Made by a program: the position numbers and the translations under genes | Notes under the pieces: model-generated | Databases searched by the model: none | Seen by the model: the letters and a program-made list of their open reading frames with translations, nothing else | What the model was told of the DNA's origin: nothing | Virus record (IMG/VR): IMGVR_UViG_3300023180_000291 | Location: 1 to 28,961 of that record | Length of the DNA: 28,961 bases | Direction: 5' to 3' (one strand) | DNA from: a virus | Taxonomy: Duplodnaviria; Caudoviricetes | Shown here: positions 1 through 7,323 of the stretch, piece by piece | Layout of the letters: every line of letters starts with the position of its first letter | Position numbering within the stretch: the stretch's first letter is position 1

Positions 1-130
1 TCAGACGACCCACTGGGGAGACAGGGACAGGTAGTAGACCAGATACCGGAGACAGTCGGCCAGGTGGTCGTCCTTCTTGTGGATGCTTCCGTCCGGCTTC
101 CGTCTGTAGAGGTTCAGCTCCCGCAGCAGC
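1..130 (+). repeat. Terminal direct repeat, left copy
   Basis: Matches 28832-28961 except C127 vs T28958. Confidence 0.97.
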
Positions 131-1491
131 TCGGTACAGCTGGGGTCAATGACCAGACGCGGATGACCCTGGGCGCAGACCGCCAGCCGCTCCCCGACGG
201 CGTCCAGTCCTGCCTCGATGTCCTTCCGGGCTGGGGTCGTGTATATGTCGTGATCCCTTGCCAGCGACTCCCGCCCATCTCGGTCGGCGGGGTCGGCCAC
301 GGTCCATTCGTAGAGCTCGGCGCCGGACAGGTTGCGGATCTGGCGAGCATTGCCGGAGAGCTTTACGTCCTGGGTCAGCAGCTCCCGGTAGACCACCAGC
401 TGGTCCCGGTCCACATCGAGCGCAGCCCACAAGCAAGCAAAGTTGAAGCCGAAGTCAATGGCCCGATACTTCGGCCAGTCTTCGGGGATCTGGCCGGCCG
501 GCCGGACGTGGACCGCTCTGGACAGGGAAGGGTAGATCAGGCCCCGTGCGCGTGCAAATTTCCCGTACAGTCGGGCGTCCCGTTTGTGGGGCTCCAAGTG
601 CTGGAAGCGGGCCAGCAGCCCTCTGGACCGGACGTGCGGATTGTCCAGCCCAGTGATCCGGCTGTAGAGGTGACCCGGCGGTGGGTCGTGGACGAAGCGA
701 CTGTAAGCCCAGGTCAGCCCCTTCAGCGGTGTCATACTCAGGATGGCCGGGCCATCCGTTTCTGCAAGTCCCCGGCTTATCTCTTCGTAGACGTCCTCTG
801 GATGCTCTTCGTCCAGGATGGCCGCTCGAGGAGCATTGCCCTGGAATTTTTCGCGCCCCTGGGCAGCAGCTTTACAGACAATCCGCCCGCCGTTGGGGAG
901 GATGACCTCCGCTTGGTCCTGCGCTTTCCATTTGCGACGACGGGAGCCAGCCGGTAGCCATCGGTCCAGCTTCGGCCGGTGATACTCCAGAGAGTCGTTG
1001 AAGGTCAGAGCGGAGACAATCACGGCCCGGTCTGCTGTCGCTGGACTCGCTGGGATGGCGTCCTCTGGTATGCCATTGATCGACAGCCAGCGCCGGACCC
1101 ACCATTCCCCAGACCCCGCAGCCAGGGCCACGGCCAGCTGGATGGCAGACTCACTCTTCCCGGCTCGGTTTGCTCCGCCAATCATGTAGGCGACCAGGCG
1201 CCGACTGGTCAGCAGCTCCCGGATCGTGTCCCGCTGGCTGGTCCGCTCTTCGGGCTGTCCATGCTGGGCGCAGTCAGGATTGACGCAGACGAAGACACCG
1301 CGCTGGTCCTCGACGGGCTCCAGCTCCAGTCCGCATCCCCGTGGACGGTCCGGGTCCAGGTTCCAGCGGGTGCAATGCGGACGCCAGAGACGACCGAACG
1401 CCAGCGGGAAGTCCTGCTCGAGCTGGATCAGCTCCCCAGCAGCCCGCCGAAGGGCGTGGACGTCGACCCGGCTGGCTGGCTGGGCTGTCAT
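1..1491 (-). CDS. terL: Terminase large subunit
   Basis: Walker A GGANRAGKS, Walker B AILDEEH, coupling motif SMTP, DNPH, nuclease motifs AIDFG and DDHLADCLRY. Confidence 0.95.
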   Translation of the reverse strand: MTAQPASRVDVHALRRAAGELIQLEQDFPLAFGRLWRPHCTRWNLDPDRPRGCGLELEPVEDQRGVFVCVNPDCAQHGQPEERTSQRDTIRELLTSRRLVAYMIGGANRAGKSESAIQLAVALAAGSGEWWVRRWLSINGIPEDAIPASPATADRAVIVSALTFNDSLEYHRPKLDRWLPAGSRRRKWKAQDQAEVILPNGGRIVCKAAAQGREKFQGNAPRAAILDEEHPEDVYEEISRGLAETDGPAILSMTPLKGLTWAYSRFVHDPPPGHLYSRITGLDNPHVRSRGLLARFQHLEPHKRDARLYGKFARARGLIYPSLSRAVHVRPAGQIPEDWPKYRAIDFGFNFACLWAALDVDRDQLVVYRELLTQDVKLSGNARQIRNLSGAELYEWTVADPADRDGRESLARDHDIYTTPARKDIEAGLDAVGERLAVCAQGHPRLVIDPSCTELLRELNLYRRKPDGSIHKKDDHLADCLRYLVYYLSLSPQWVV

Positions 1492-1934
1492 TCTTCGTCT
1501 TCGTGGACGACCAGGGACGACAGTTGGCCCCGGATCTCTTCGGCGCGCCCCAGTGTCGATAGCAGCTCATCTAGATCCGCCCCGGTCTGGATCGGTCGGC
1601 GGTCCGCTTCTTTGTACTCCGCCCGGACGTCCAGCTGACGGTGGTATCCGAAGCGCCTCTCCATAATCCAAGCCGCAGCCCTCCAGTCTTCGGCGCTGGC
1701 CTGCTGGATGCGATGCAGGTTCAGCGCTGCACACTGGCTGCGTCCCCGCGAGACGGCGTCCGAAAACTCCCGGTAGATGCTTCCCGGCTCTTCTGATCCA
1801 CGGCGTATCCACTCGAACACCGTCGAACGGGCAACACCGATGTAATCGGACAGCAGGTCTATACTCATGCCCATTTGTGAAGCGGCCAGCGCATCCCGGA
1901 TCAGGTCTTTGTCCAGTTTTGTTGGTCTTCCCAT
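1488..1934 (-). CDS. terS: Putative terminase small subunit (HTH)
   Basis: MGRPTKL start, HTH (IGVARSTVFEW), DWRAAAWIMERRF motif; ATGA overlap with terL; alternative start at 1946. Confidence 0.7.
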   Translation of the reverse strand: MGRPTKLDKDLIRDALAASQMGMSIDLLSDYIGVARSTVFEWIRRGSEEPGSIYREFSDAVSRGRSQCAALNLHRIQQASAEDWRAAAWIMERRFGYHRQLDVRAEYKEADRRPIQTGADLDELLSTLGRAEEIRGQLSSLVVHEDEE

Positions 1935-1952
1935 AGCTCTATCCATAGCCTA

Positions 1953-2222
1953 TTAGCGATCCAGACCCCGGACACGCCCTTCCCCGATAGGCCGGAGCTG
2001 GTCCCGGTCTGCGTCCAGGATGGCCTCCATCCGCCAGGCGCCCGCATCCGCTGGACGGCGCGGGAGGACGTCGGCGGGCGCTGGGGTCGTCTCGATGGGC
2101 GCAGCGCTGGACCGGCCGGCCGGCCTGTACCAGTACCAGAAGAGCAGGAGCAGGACGCAGGACGTCCAGACCAGCCCCAGCAGCCCGCAGGCTATCAGGA
2201 TGTCAGTCTGTGTCAGGGTCAT
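1953..2222 (-). CDS. Small membrane protein
   Basis: N-terminal hydrophobic helix ILIACGLLGLVWTSCVLLLLFWYWY; internal ATG at 2222 of the longer ORF. Confidence 0.6.
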   Translation of the reverse strand: MTLTQTDILIACGLLGLVWTSCVLLLLFWYWYRPAGRSSAAPIETTPAPADVLPRRPADAGAWRMEAILDADRDQLRPIGEGRVRGLDR

Positions 2223-2421
2223 CTTCCCGGACCTGCTTGGCGTGGTTGTAGACGGAGCGGACCGACAAGCCGTACCGGGCGCCCAGCTGCGCGGCGTGTG
2301 CTCGGGACAGCTCCCCGGACTCTTCCAGCCGGCTGCGGATGGTGTCGTGCAGCCGGGACTTCTCAAACGGCTGGAGGATACGCCGGACACGTCCTCTGCC
2401 GATCCAGGGTGGTGGGCTCAT
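2203..2421 (-). CDS. Small HTH-like DNA-binding protein
   Basis: SRAHAAQLGARYGLSVRSVYNHA is HTH-like; ATGA coupling at 2418-2421. Confidence 0.55.
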   Translation of the reverse strand: MSPPPWIGRGRVRRILQPFEKSRLHDTIRSRLEESGELSRAHAAQLGARYGLSVRSVYNHAKQVREDDPDTD

Positions 2422-2570
2422 CCTCTGCCCGTCCCGGGTTCGTGGTTTGGGATCGTGACATCGTGAATCCAGCCGGACAGCCGGACTAAGCCGACCAGAT
2501 ACAGCGCTTCCGATATCGGATGGGCGATCATGTTGTGGATGGTCCACATATCGGGCCTGTTAAACCTCAC
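2418..2570 (-). CDS. 50-aa hypothetical protein, not in the ORF track (MRFNRPDMWTIHNMIAHPISEALYLVGLVRLSGWIHDVTIPNHEPGTGRG)
   Basis: Fills the gap exactly, with GTGA overlap upstream and ATGA overlap downstream. Confidence 0.65.
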   Translation of the reverse strand: MRFNRPDMWTIHNMIAHPISEALYLVGLVRLSGWIHDVTIPNHEPGTGRG

Positions 2571-3031
2571 GACGAACCCCGCACGATGTAGAGGACCGGG
2601 ACTTCCGGGGCGTTGGATGTCGTCAGGGTCACCGTCTCGACCAGGGGGATGGTACTGTGCCGGGTGGCCTGGACGCAGACGACCAGGTGGGAGCTGGTCC
2701 CCGGCGGGCCAGAGGGGAAGCGGGCGGGGACGGTCAAGACGTCGGCGCAGTCTGTACTGGAGCTGACCCAGACCGCCGTGGATGCGTACTGAACAGACAC
2801 TGAACAGAGAAACCCGGGGTCATCCGGTTTTGACAGCAGGGTTAGCGTGTGTACGCCGTAGGGACTCGACGGGTCCAGGGACGGGCCGGACGGCGTCTGG
2901 ACGGTCTGGATCTCTGGACACGCCGGAGGGACCACGGCTGGAAGGTCACCGGCCAGGGCGCCCAGGACATCCAGCGGGTCGGCGGTGTCGGCGCCCAGCA
3001 GGGCCAGGAGGGGGATCAGCAGGAAGCGCAC
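2567..3031 (-). CDS. Putative exported protein
   Basis: Signal-peptide-like MRFLLIPLLALLGA, RBS AGGAG, beta-rich Cys-containing body. Confidence 0.6.
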   Translation of the reverse strand: MRFLLIPLLALLGADTADPLDVLGALAGDLPAVVPPACPEIQTVQTPSGPSLDPSSPYGVHTLTLLSKPDDPGFLCSVSVQYASTAVWVSSSTDCADVLTVPARFPSGPPGTSSHLVVCVQATRHSTIPLVETVTLTTSNAPEVPVLYIVRGSS

Positions 3032-3046
3032 GGGGATCTCCTAAAG

Positions 3047-3113
3047 TGCGGGCGCTGGGGTTAGTGACTATGAACCGGTGATTTACTTGACTTATTGTAC
3101 CCCAGCGCCCGCA
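3047..3113. repeat. Perfect 15-bp inverted repeat around a 37-bp AT-rich spacer
   Basis: TGCGGGCGCTGGGGT (3047-3061) and ACCCCAGCGCCCGCA (3099-3113), intergenic. Confidence 0.85.
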
Positions 3114-3117
3114 ATAG

Positions 3118-3960
3118 TCAGGAAGAGACAGGAAGCCAGCATCCGACAGCATCCCCACGACGGGAGCGGGACACGGTCAGGGTTGTCTGGAAGGTCGTGG
3201 CAGATGGACGCCAGCATCCGACCCCGTCCCCGGGGTTGGCCTGTCGGCGGTCGAACGCACGCCCCACAGTCGTCTGGTCCTCTGCGGAATAGTGGACGGT
3301 CAGATCCAGCCGGCCGTCCTCGAGGCGGTCCGCCACCATTGCCAGTCTCCAGCGCTGGGCGCCGTCCGGCCCGTCGTCCAGCCGATACTCAACATGCCTG
3401 GAGCTGGCCGCGATGAGCTCCCGGTGCTCTGGGTCGGTCGGATGGAGCAGGACGGACAGGTCCACAGAGACGCCGTCGTGCTGGGTCGTGACCAGGGCGG
3501 TACGCCAGCGGGGTCGGCGGGTGTTGGGGTCGTCGGTCAGTCTGTACTGGACGGCGGAGTAGTTGAGCATGACAGCGGATAGCTCCAGGATCGTGGGAGG
3601 GGAGGGAAGACCGGGAAGGGGACGGAGGACCAGGACCAGCTGGCCGGAGCAGTAGCCGCAGACCAGATACCCCCAGCCAGGAGGCGGACGTGCTGCGGCG
3701 CGCTGTCGGTCGTCGACCAGGCTGGCCGGATCGGGGACGTCCTGCGGGTCGTCCAGCGGGCGGACAGCCGGACGGCGTGGACGGACACGGAGATACCGGT
3801 CCACGGGAAGGGTCCAGTGCTGCGGCTTTCCGCAGAGCGGACAGGGGAGGGGACCGGATGGCATCTCATACCACCAGGACGTCCGATTGTACCGCAGCCC
3901 GTCCAGCGTGGACGGGTCGGGGATGGGCTCATCAGTCCGGGGATAGGTCAAGTTAGTCAC
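3118..3960 (-). CDS. Hypothetical protein with split zinc-ribbon (CPLC...CGYC)
   Basis: 280-aa ORF in operon orientation with two CxxC pairs. Confidence 0.65.
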   Translation of the reverse strand: MTNLTYPRTDEPIPDPSTLDGLRYNRTSWWYEMPSGPLPCPLCGKPQHWTLPVDRYLRVRPRRPAVRPLDDPQDVPDPASLVDDRQRAAARPPPGWGYLVCGYCSGQLVLVLRPLPGLPSPPTILELSAVMLNYSAVQYRLTDDPNTRRPRWRTALVTTQHDGVSVDLSVLLHPTDPEHRELIAASSRHVEYRLDDGPDGAQRWRLAMVADRLEDGRLDLTVHYSAEDQTTVGRAFDRRQANPGDGVGCWRPSATTFQTTLTVSRSRRGDAVGCWLPVSS

Positions 3961-4627
3961 GGTCGTCCGCTGCTACGGGAGAGGAGTATAGCGCGTCCAG
4001 ATGGCCAGGAGCGCCAGCTCCAGCGCCAGCACCGCAGGATGGAAGCCCAGCCCCGCCCCGGCGATCAGGATCAGAAGCGAGATGGACGCCCGTGCCAGAT
4101 AGATCGTCTCCGTCGGGATCACCCAGCGCAGGGTGGGCACTGTCTTCCGCGTCCGTGTCTTCGGTCCAGTCGACACCGTCCACCCCCAGAGCAGCCGCCA
4201 CGACATCCGGCCGGCTGGCCTGTCCTGTACTATAGCGATCTATCTCCGTCGGACCGAAGAGCGGGATAACGTGGCCGCGTCCGGTGCCCTGGGGCACGTC
4301 GTTGGCGTGCTGCCGGACTTCGTCCAGGGCGATGGCGCCCTGACGGAAGCAGACGGAGCAGATCCAGTGCCCTGCAATGCTGTCCGGGGTCGGCTCGCTG
4401 GAGCTGTCGGCGTAGTCCTCCAGCGTGTCCAGCCCAGTGTCCAGGAGTGCGTCTTTGTAGGTCGTCCGGCGTCCGTGGCAGTCGTCGTCCGTGCAGCGGG
4501 AGCCCTCCCCAGTCCAGGCGGGCCAGGATGGGGTCAGGTGCGTCCGGGCGTGTCTCCAGACATCGGTCCCGGGGTGTGTCCCCCTTAGATACCAGTCGCG
4601 TTCAGGTAGCAAGTCGGAAGGTTTCAT
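3953..4627 (-). CDS. Hypothetical Cys-containing protein; the C-terminal ~60 codons are doubtful
   Basis: RBS GAGG before ATG; CTDDDC and CSVC motifs; acidic tail. Confidence 0.6.
   Translation of the reverse strand: MKPSDLLPERDWYLRGTHPGTDVWRHARTHLTPSWPAWTGEGSRCTDDDCHGRRTTYKDALLDTGLDTLEDYADSSSEPTPDSIAGHWICSVCFRQGAIALDEVRQHANDVPQGTGRGHVIPLFGPTEIDRYSTGQASRPDVVAAALGVDGVDWTEDTDAEDSAHPALGDPDGDDLSGTGVHLASDPDRRGGAGLPSCGAGAGAGAPGHLDALYSSPVAADDRD
3973..4140 (-). CDS. Small two-helix membrane protein overlapping the previous ORF
   Basis: Hydrophobic SISLLILIAGAGLG...AVLALELALLAIW; third codon positions are strongly G/C in this frame; start is GTG 4140 or ATG 4206. Confidence 0.5.
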   Translation of the reverse strand: MPTLRWVIPTETIYLARASISLLILIAGAGLGFHPAVLALELALLAIWTRYTPLP

Positions 4628-4674
4628 GGCGTGTTCCTCGGTTATAGTCTAATCGTCAACAAAAGGAGAAAGGT

Positions 4675-4755
4675 ATGGATTTACTGCTGATTTGGGACGC
4701 GGTCTTCGGCTGGATCTGGATCAGTCCGCCGGACAATCCGACCGGCCCAGCCTGA
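4675..4755 (+). CDS. Candidate 26-aa hydrophobic peptide MDLLLIWDAVFGWIWISPPDNPTGPA
   Basis: AAGGAG RBS upstream; fits entirely within the 4628-4756 gap. Confidence 0.35.
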   Translation: MDLLLIWDAVFGWIWISPPDNPTGPA

Positions 4756-4756
4756 G

Positions 4757-5143
4757 TCAAGACAGGACACGGGCCAGCTCTACAGCCTGATCAATGTGGC
4801 CTGCGTCACACAGTCGCCGGAGCGTGTCGTGATGTTGCGGTGGGGTTGCCCGGAGCAGGTCCACGGCTGCGACCAGCTCCCGGATAATCCTGTCCCGGTC
4901 CGTCCGGATCTCGATGGACGTCCGCCGAAGGAACCAGCCAGGACTGACCCCGTCCCCATAGTGGTGGACGGTCAGCCCGTAGCGCTCTGGAAGGCGCCCG
5001 CCCCGGGTCCAGTGCTCCCACACTTCGATGTCATCCCGGTCCAGCTGGACCGGCGCCGTCCGGTCCGCGTTGGGGTGGACTTCGTAGGTGTAGACACGAC
5101 GGGAACGCACGCCCCTCGGGAGCCCGCCGTAGCGCTTCGGCAT
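4757..5143 (-). CDS. Hypothetical protein (MPKRYGG...)
   Basis: TAATG overlap with the upstream gene at 5141-5145. Confidence 0.65.
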   Translation of the reverse strand: MPKRYGGLPRGVRSRRVYTYEVHPNADRTAPVQLDRDDIEVWEHWTRGGRLPERYGLTVHHYGDGVSPGWFLRRTSIEIRTDRDRIIRELVAAVDLLRATPPQHHDTLRRLCDAGHIDQAVELARVLS

Positions 5144-6240
5144 TATTGGCCCCTCCAGAGGTAGGTCTGACCGCCGGACAGGGCGTGGAATACAGCTGCG
5201 ACCATTGCCGGAGAGTAGAACCAGACCGGCCACGCCCGCCCGACGGGGACGCGCTGCTCTGAGTAGCCCGGAAGCCCCTCTCCCCAGACCCCGCCGGACT
5301 CCTGCTTCTCAATCTCCCGGGCGATTTGATGGACCTCCGACTCCGTGACCGTGCGGAATAGCTGGCGAGATACGAGCGTAGCCGCACGGCTTGCAGTCAG
5401 GGTGCATCGGTGATCGTTGCCCCGGCTGGCTGGCTGGCTGAGTGCGGGGACAATCTGCGCGATGGCCTCCCGGACGGCGACGGCGACCACGTCCCGGACC
5501 ATTGCCTCCATGTCTGCGCGTAGCTCTGCGCGTAGCTGGGACCGCAGCTGATCCGTCGTCAGTGCTGCGGCGAAGCGGTCCCCGTCTTGGGTAAGGACTG
5601 CGGCGCCGATCTCCTGCATAAAGTTGGAGCGGGACAGGGCGTTGCGGATCTCAGCGCAGACAGGGGACCGGGACTTCATCAGGGCCAGGGCGACACCGGC
5701 CGGTGTCAGACAGGACAGCTGGCTGGTTGTCTGAATCCAGGAGGGTGACACAAAATTTGTGTCACCCTCAGCCCTCAGTGACGCCAGCTCACTTCCACGC
5801 AGGACGACCAGATGGACACCGGCCCGGTATTCTCTGGACTGCATGATCTGACTCCGGAGTGATCTCGGGGACATCCCCAGCAGCTCCTCCAGCAGCCGGA
5901 CCGGGATCAGCTCCTGACCATCCAGACGCGCCCCCAGCAGCTCCCGCCCGCCGACGTCAATCGGGACCAGGTCGCAGGAGTGTTGCGGCGCTGGAGCTGG
6001 GGCCGGATCTCCGGACCGTCTGCGGTGACGGGTGGGGCGGTGATTGGGCGCCCGCAGGACGAAGTCCCGGCAGGACTCCAGGCTGACCAGACGGCGCCGG
6101 CCCTGCTTGCAGGACACCACCTTCCCGTCGATGATCCAGCCCCGGACCTGGGTTGGTCGGCGCTGGACTGCTCGAGCAGCTTCTTTGAGGGTGACCCAGT
6201 CCGTCCGGCTTAGGTACGGCTCTTCGTTGTAGTTGCTCAT
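5143..6240 (-). CDS. Antirepressor-like protein: excisionase/MerR-type HTH plus ORF6N-like domain
   Basis: WVTLKEAARAV...VRGWIIDGKV HTH; EYRAGVHLVVLRGSELASLR...LSCLTPAGVALALMKSRSPVCAEIR resembles ORF6N; RBS GGAGG. Confidence 0.65.
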   Translation of the reverse strand: MSNYNEEPYLSRTDWVTLKEAARAVQRRPTQVRGWIIDGKVVSCKQGRRRLVSLESCRDFVLRAPNHRPTRHRRRSGDPAPAPAPQHSCDLVPIDVGGRELLGARLDGQELIPVRLLEELLGMSPRSLRSQIMQSREYRAGVHLVVLRGSELASLRAEGDTNFVSPSWIQTTSQLSCLTPAGVALALMKSRSPVCAEIRNALSRSNFMQEIGAAVLTQDGDRFAAALTTDQLRSQLRAELRADMEAMVRDVVAVAVREAIAQIVPALSQPASRGNDHRCTLTASRAATLVSRQLFRTVTESEVHQIAREIEKQESGGVWGEGLPGYSEQRVPVGRAWPVWFYSPAMVAAVFHALSGGQTYLWRGQ

Positions 6241-6255
6241 GTTGCTTGCCTCCGT

Positions 6256-6537
6256 TCAGATTGTAGACCGGCCGGCCGGCCGGACGTCTCTCCAATAGAT
6301 CCAGCCCTTCCGGGAGCACTTTGAGCACGCCCAGCGCCCCACGCTGTCGCCGTCGGTCATGCCCTTCCCTTCCACCGCTCTGGTGTCCACGACGTCCGCG
6401 ATGGACGGGAGCCGGAGCGGGCGCCGGTCTGCTTCCGCAGACGGCTGGACCCGGACCTGGTGGGTCTGACCCGTGCAGAGTCGGCGGGCACAGTCGCGGC
6501 CCTCTCCGGTCCAGCGGTAGTCCGTATACAGGATCAT
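6256..6537 (-). CDS. Small Cys-rich hypothetical protein
   Basis: CARRLC and CSKC motifs; ATGA overlap at 6534-6537. Confidence 0.55.
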   Translation of the reverse strand: MILYTDYRWTGEGRDCARRLCTGQTHQVRVQPSAEADRRPLRLPSIADVVDTRAVEGKGMTDGDSVGRWACSKCSRKGWIYWRDVRPAGRSTI

Positions 6538-7322
6538 GCTCCCTTCCTCTGGGCCAGTCGGCGCCGGACGTGGTCGGCGGGGTCAATCGCGCCGGAGAGG
6601 ACACCGTCCACGATCCGCCGGGCATTGTGGGCGGTCGGGGTCGGTCCCTCCAGCTCTTCGGGGCTGGGGCGGCTGAAGAACGGGCTACGCGGGTCGGCGT
6701 CCCGTTCGTTCCAGCGGGCTCTGGTACCGGTCAGGTACACCTTGACGTCACCGGGGCGGCCGTAGTGCTCCCAGGCTCCCCGAAGGTCCAGAGTCGGACG
6801 CCAGCCGGCCGGCCGGCTTGTCTTCTGGCCTTTCTCCGGCTGGGCTTGCGCGTAGAGCTTCTGTTGGGCGTGGATCTTCCGGCCCTTCTCACAGTCGCAG
6901 AGGACGCGGACGGACCCGATCTTGATGGGCGCAGCATCGAAGAGAACACGCCCGTCCACGGTGGGGAATCGGTGCTGGATCAGCGTCCGGAAGCCGGTCC
7001 CGTGTTCCCGCACGGTCCCGTCGTCCTCCAGGACCTCCCCGCAATGGTGACAGCCCCGGGACTGCTCCCGGCGTTCGCTGCGGAGCTGCGCCTCTACCGT
7101 CAGGCAGAGCCCCAGGAGCTCGGGCGCAGCTGGGAACCATGCGCCCCGGTCGGGGTCACTCATCCAGGAGCGGGTGGCCGCTTCCAGGACTTCGGTGGCG
7201 ATGTTCTGGAGGACGTCGCTGTATGCGCGTTCTGCTGCGATGTCCCCGGGGCGGGGTACCTTTTTCAAGCCGGCGGACCGGCAATAGTCGAAGAGGTCAA
7301 TGATATCGTCTGGGCTTGCCAT
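6534..7322 (-). CDS. Replication helper (helicase loader/inhibitor-like N-terminus) with zinc-finger region
   Basis: YSDVLQNIATEVLEAATRSW...WFPAAPEL resembles the lambda P/G39P-type signature; CHHC and CDC motifs; directly follows the initiator; start at MASPDD after GGAGG. Confidence 0.55.
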   Translation of the reverse strand: MASPDDIIDLFDYCRSAGLKKVPRPGDIAAERAYSDVLQNIATEVLEAATRSWMSDPDRGAWFPAAPELLGLCLTVEAQLRSERREQSRGCHHCGEVLEDDGTVREHGTGFRTLIQHRFPTVDGRVLFDAAPIKIGSVRVLCDCEKGRKIHAQQKLYAQAQPEKGQKTSRPAGWRPTLDLRGAWEHYGRPGDVKVYLTGTRARWNERDADPRSPFFSRPSPEELEGPTPTAHNARRIVDGVLSGAIDPADHVRRRLAQRKGA

Positions 7323-7323
7323 T

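Noticed and set aside
3062-3098. AT-rich core as a dif/Xer integration site
   Set aside because: Does not match the XerD arm consensus TTATGTTAAAT or the 11-6-11 layout
3135-3222. 13-bp direct repeat GCCAGCATCCGAC (3135, 3210) as a possible DGR template/variable pair
   Set aside because: Far too short, no adenine-specific mismatches, and no reverse transcriptase in the genome
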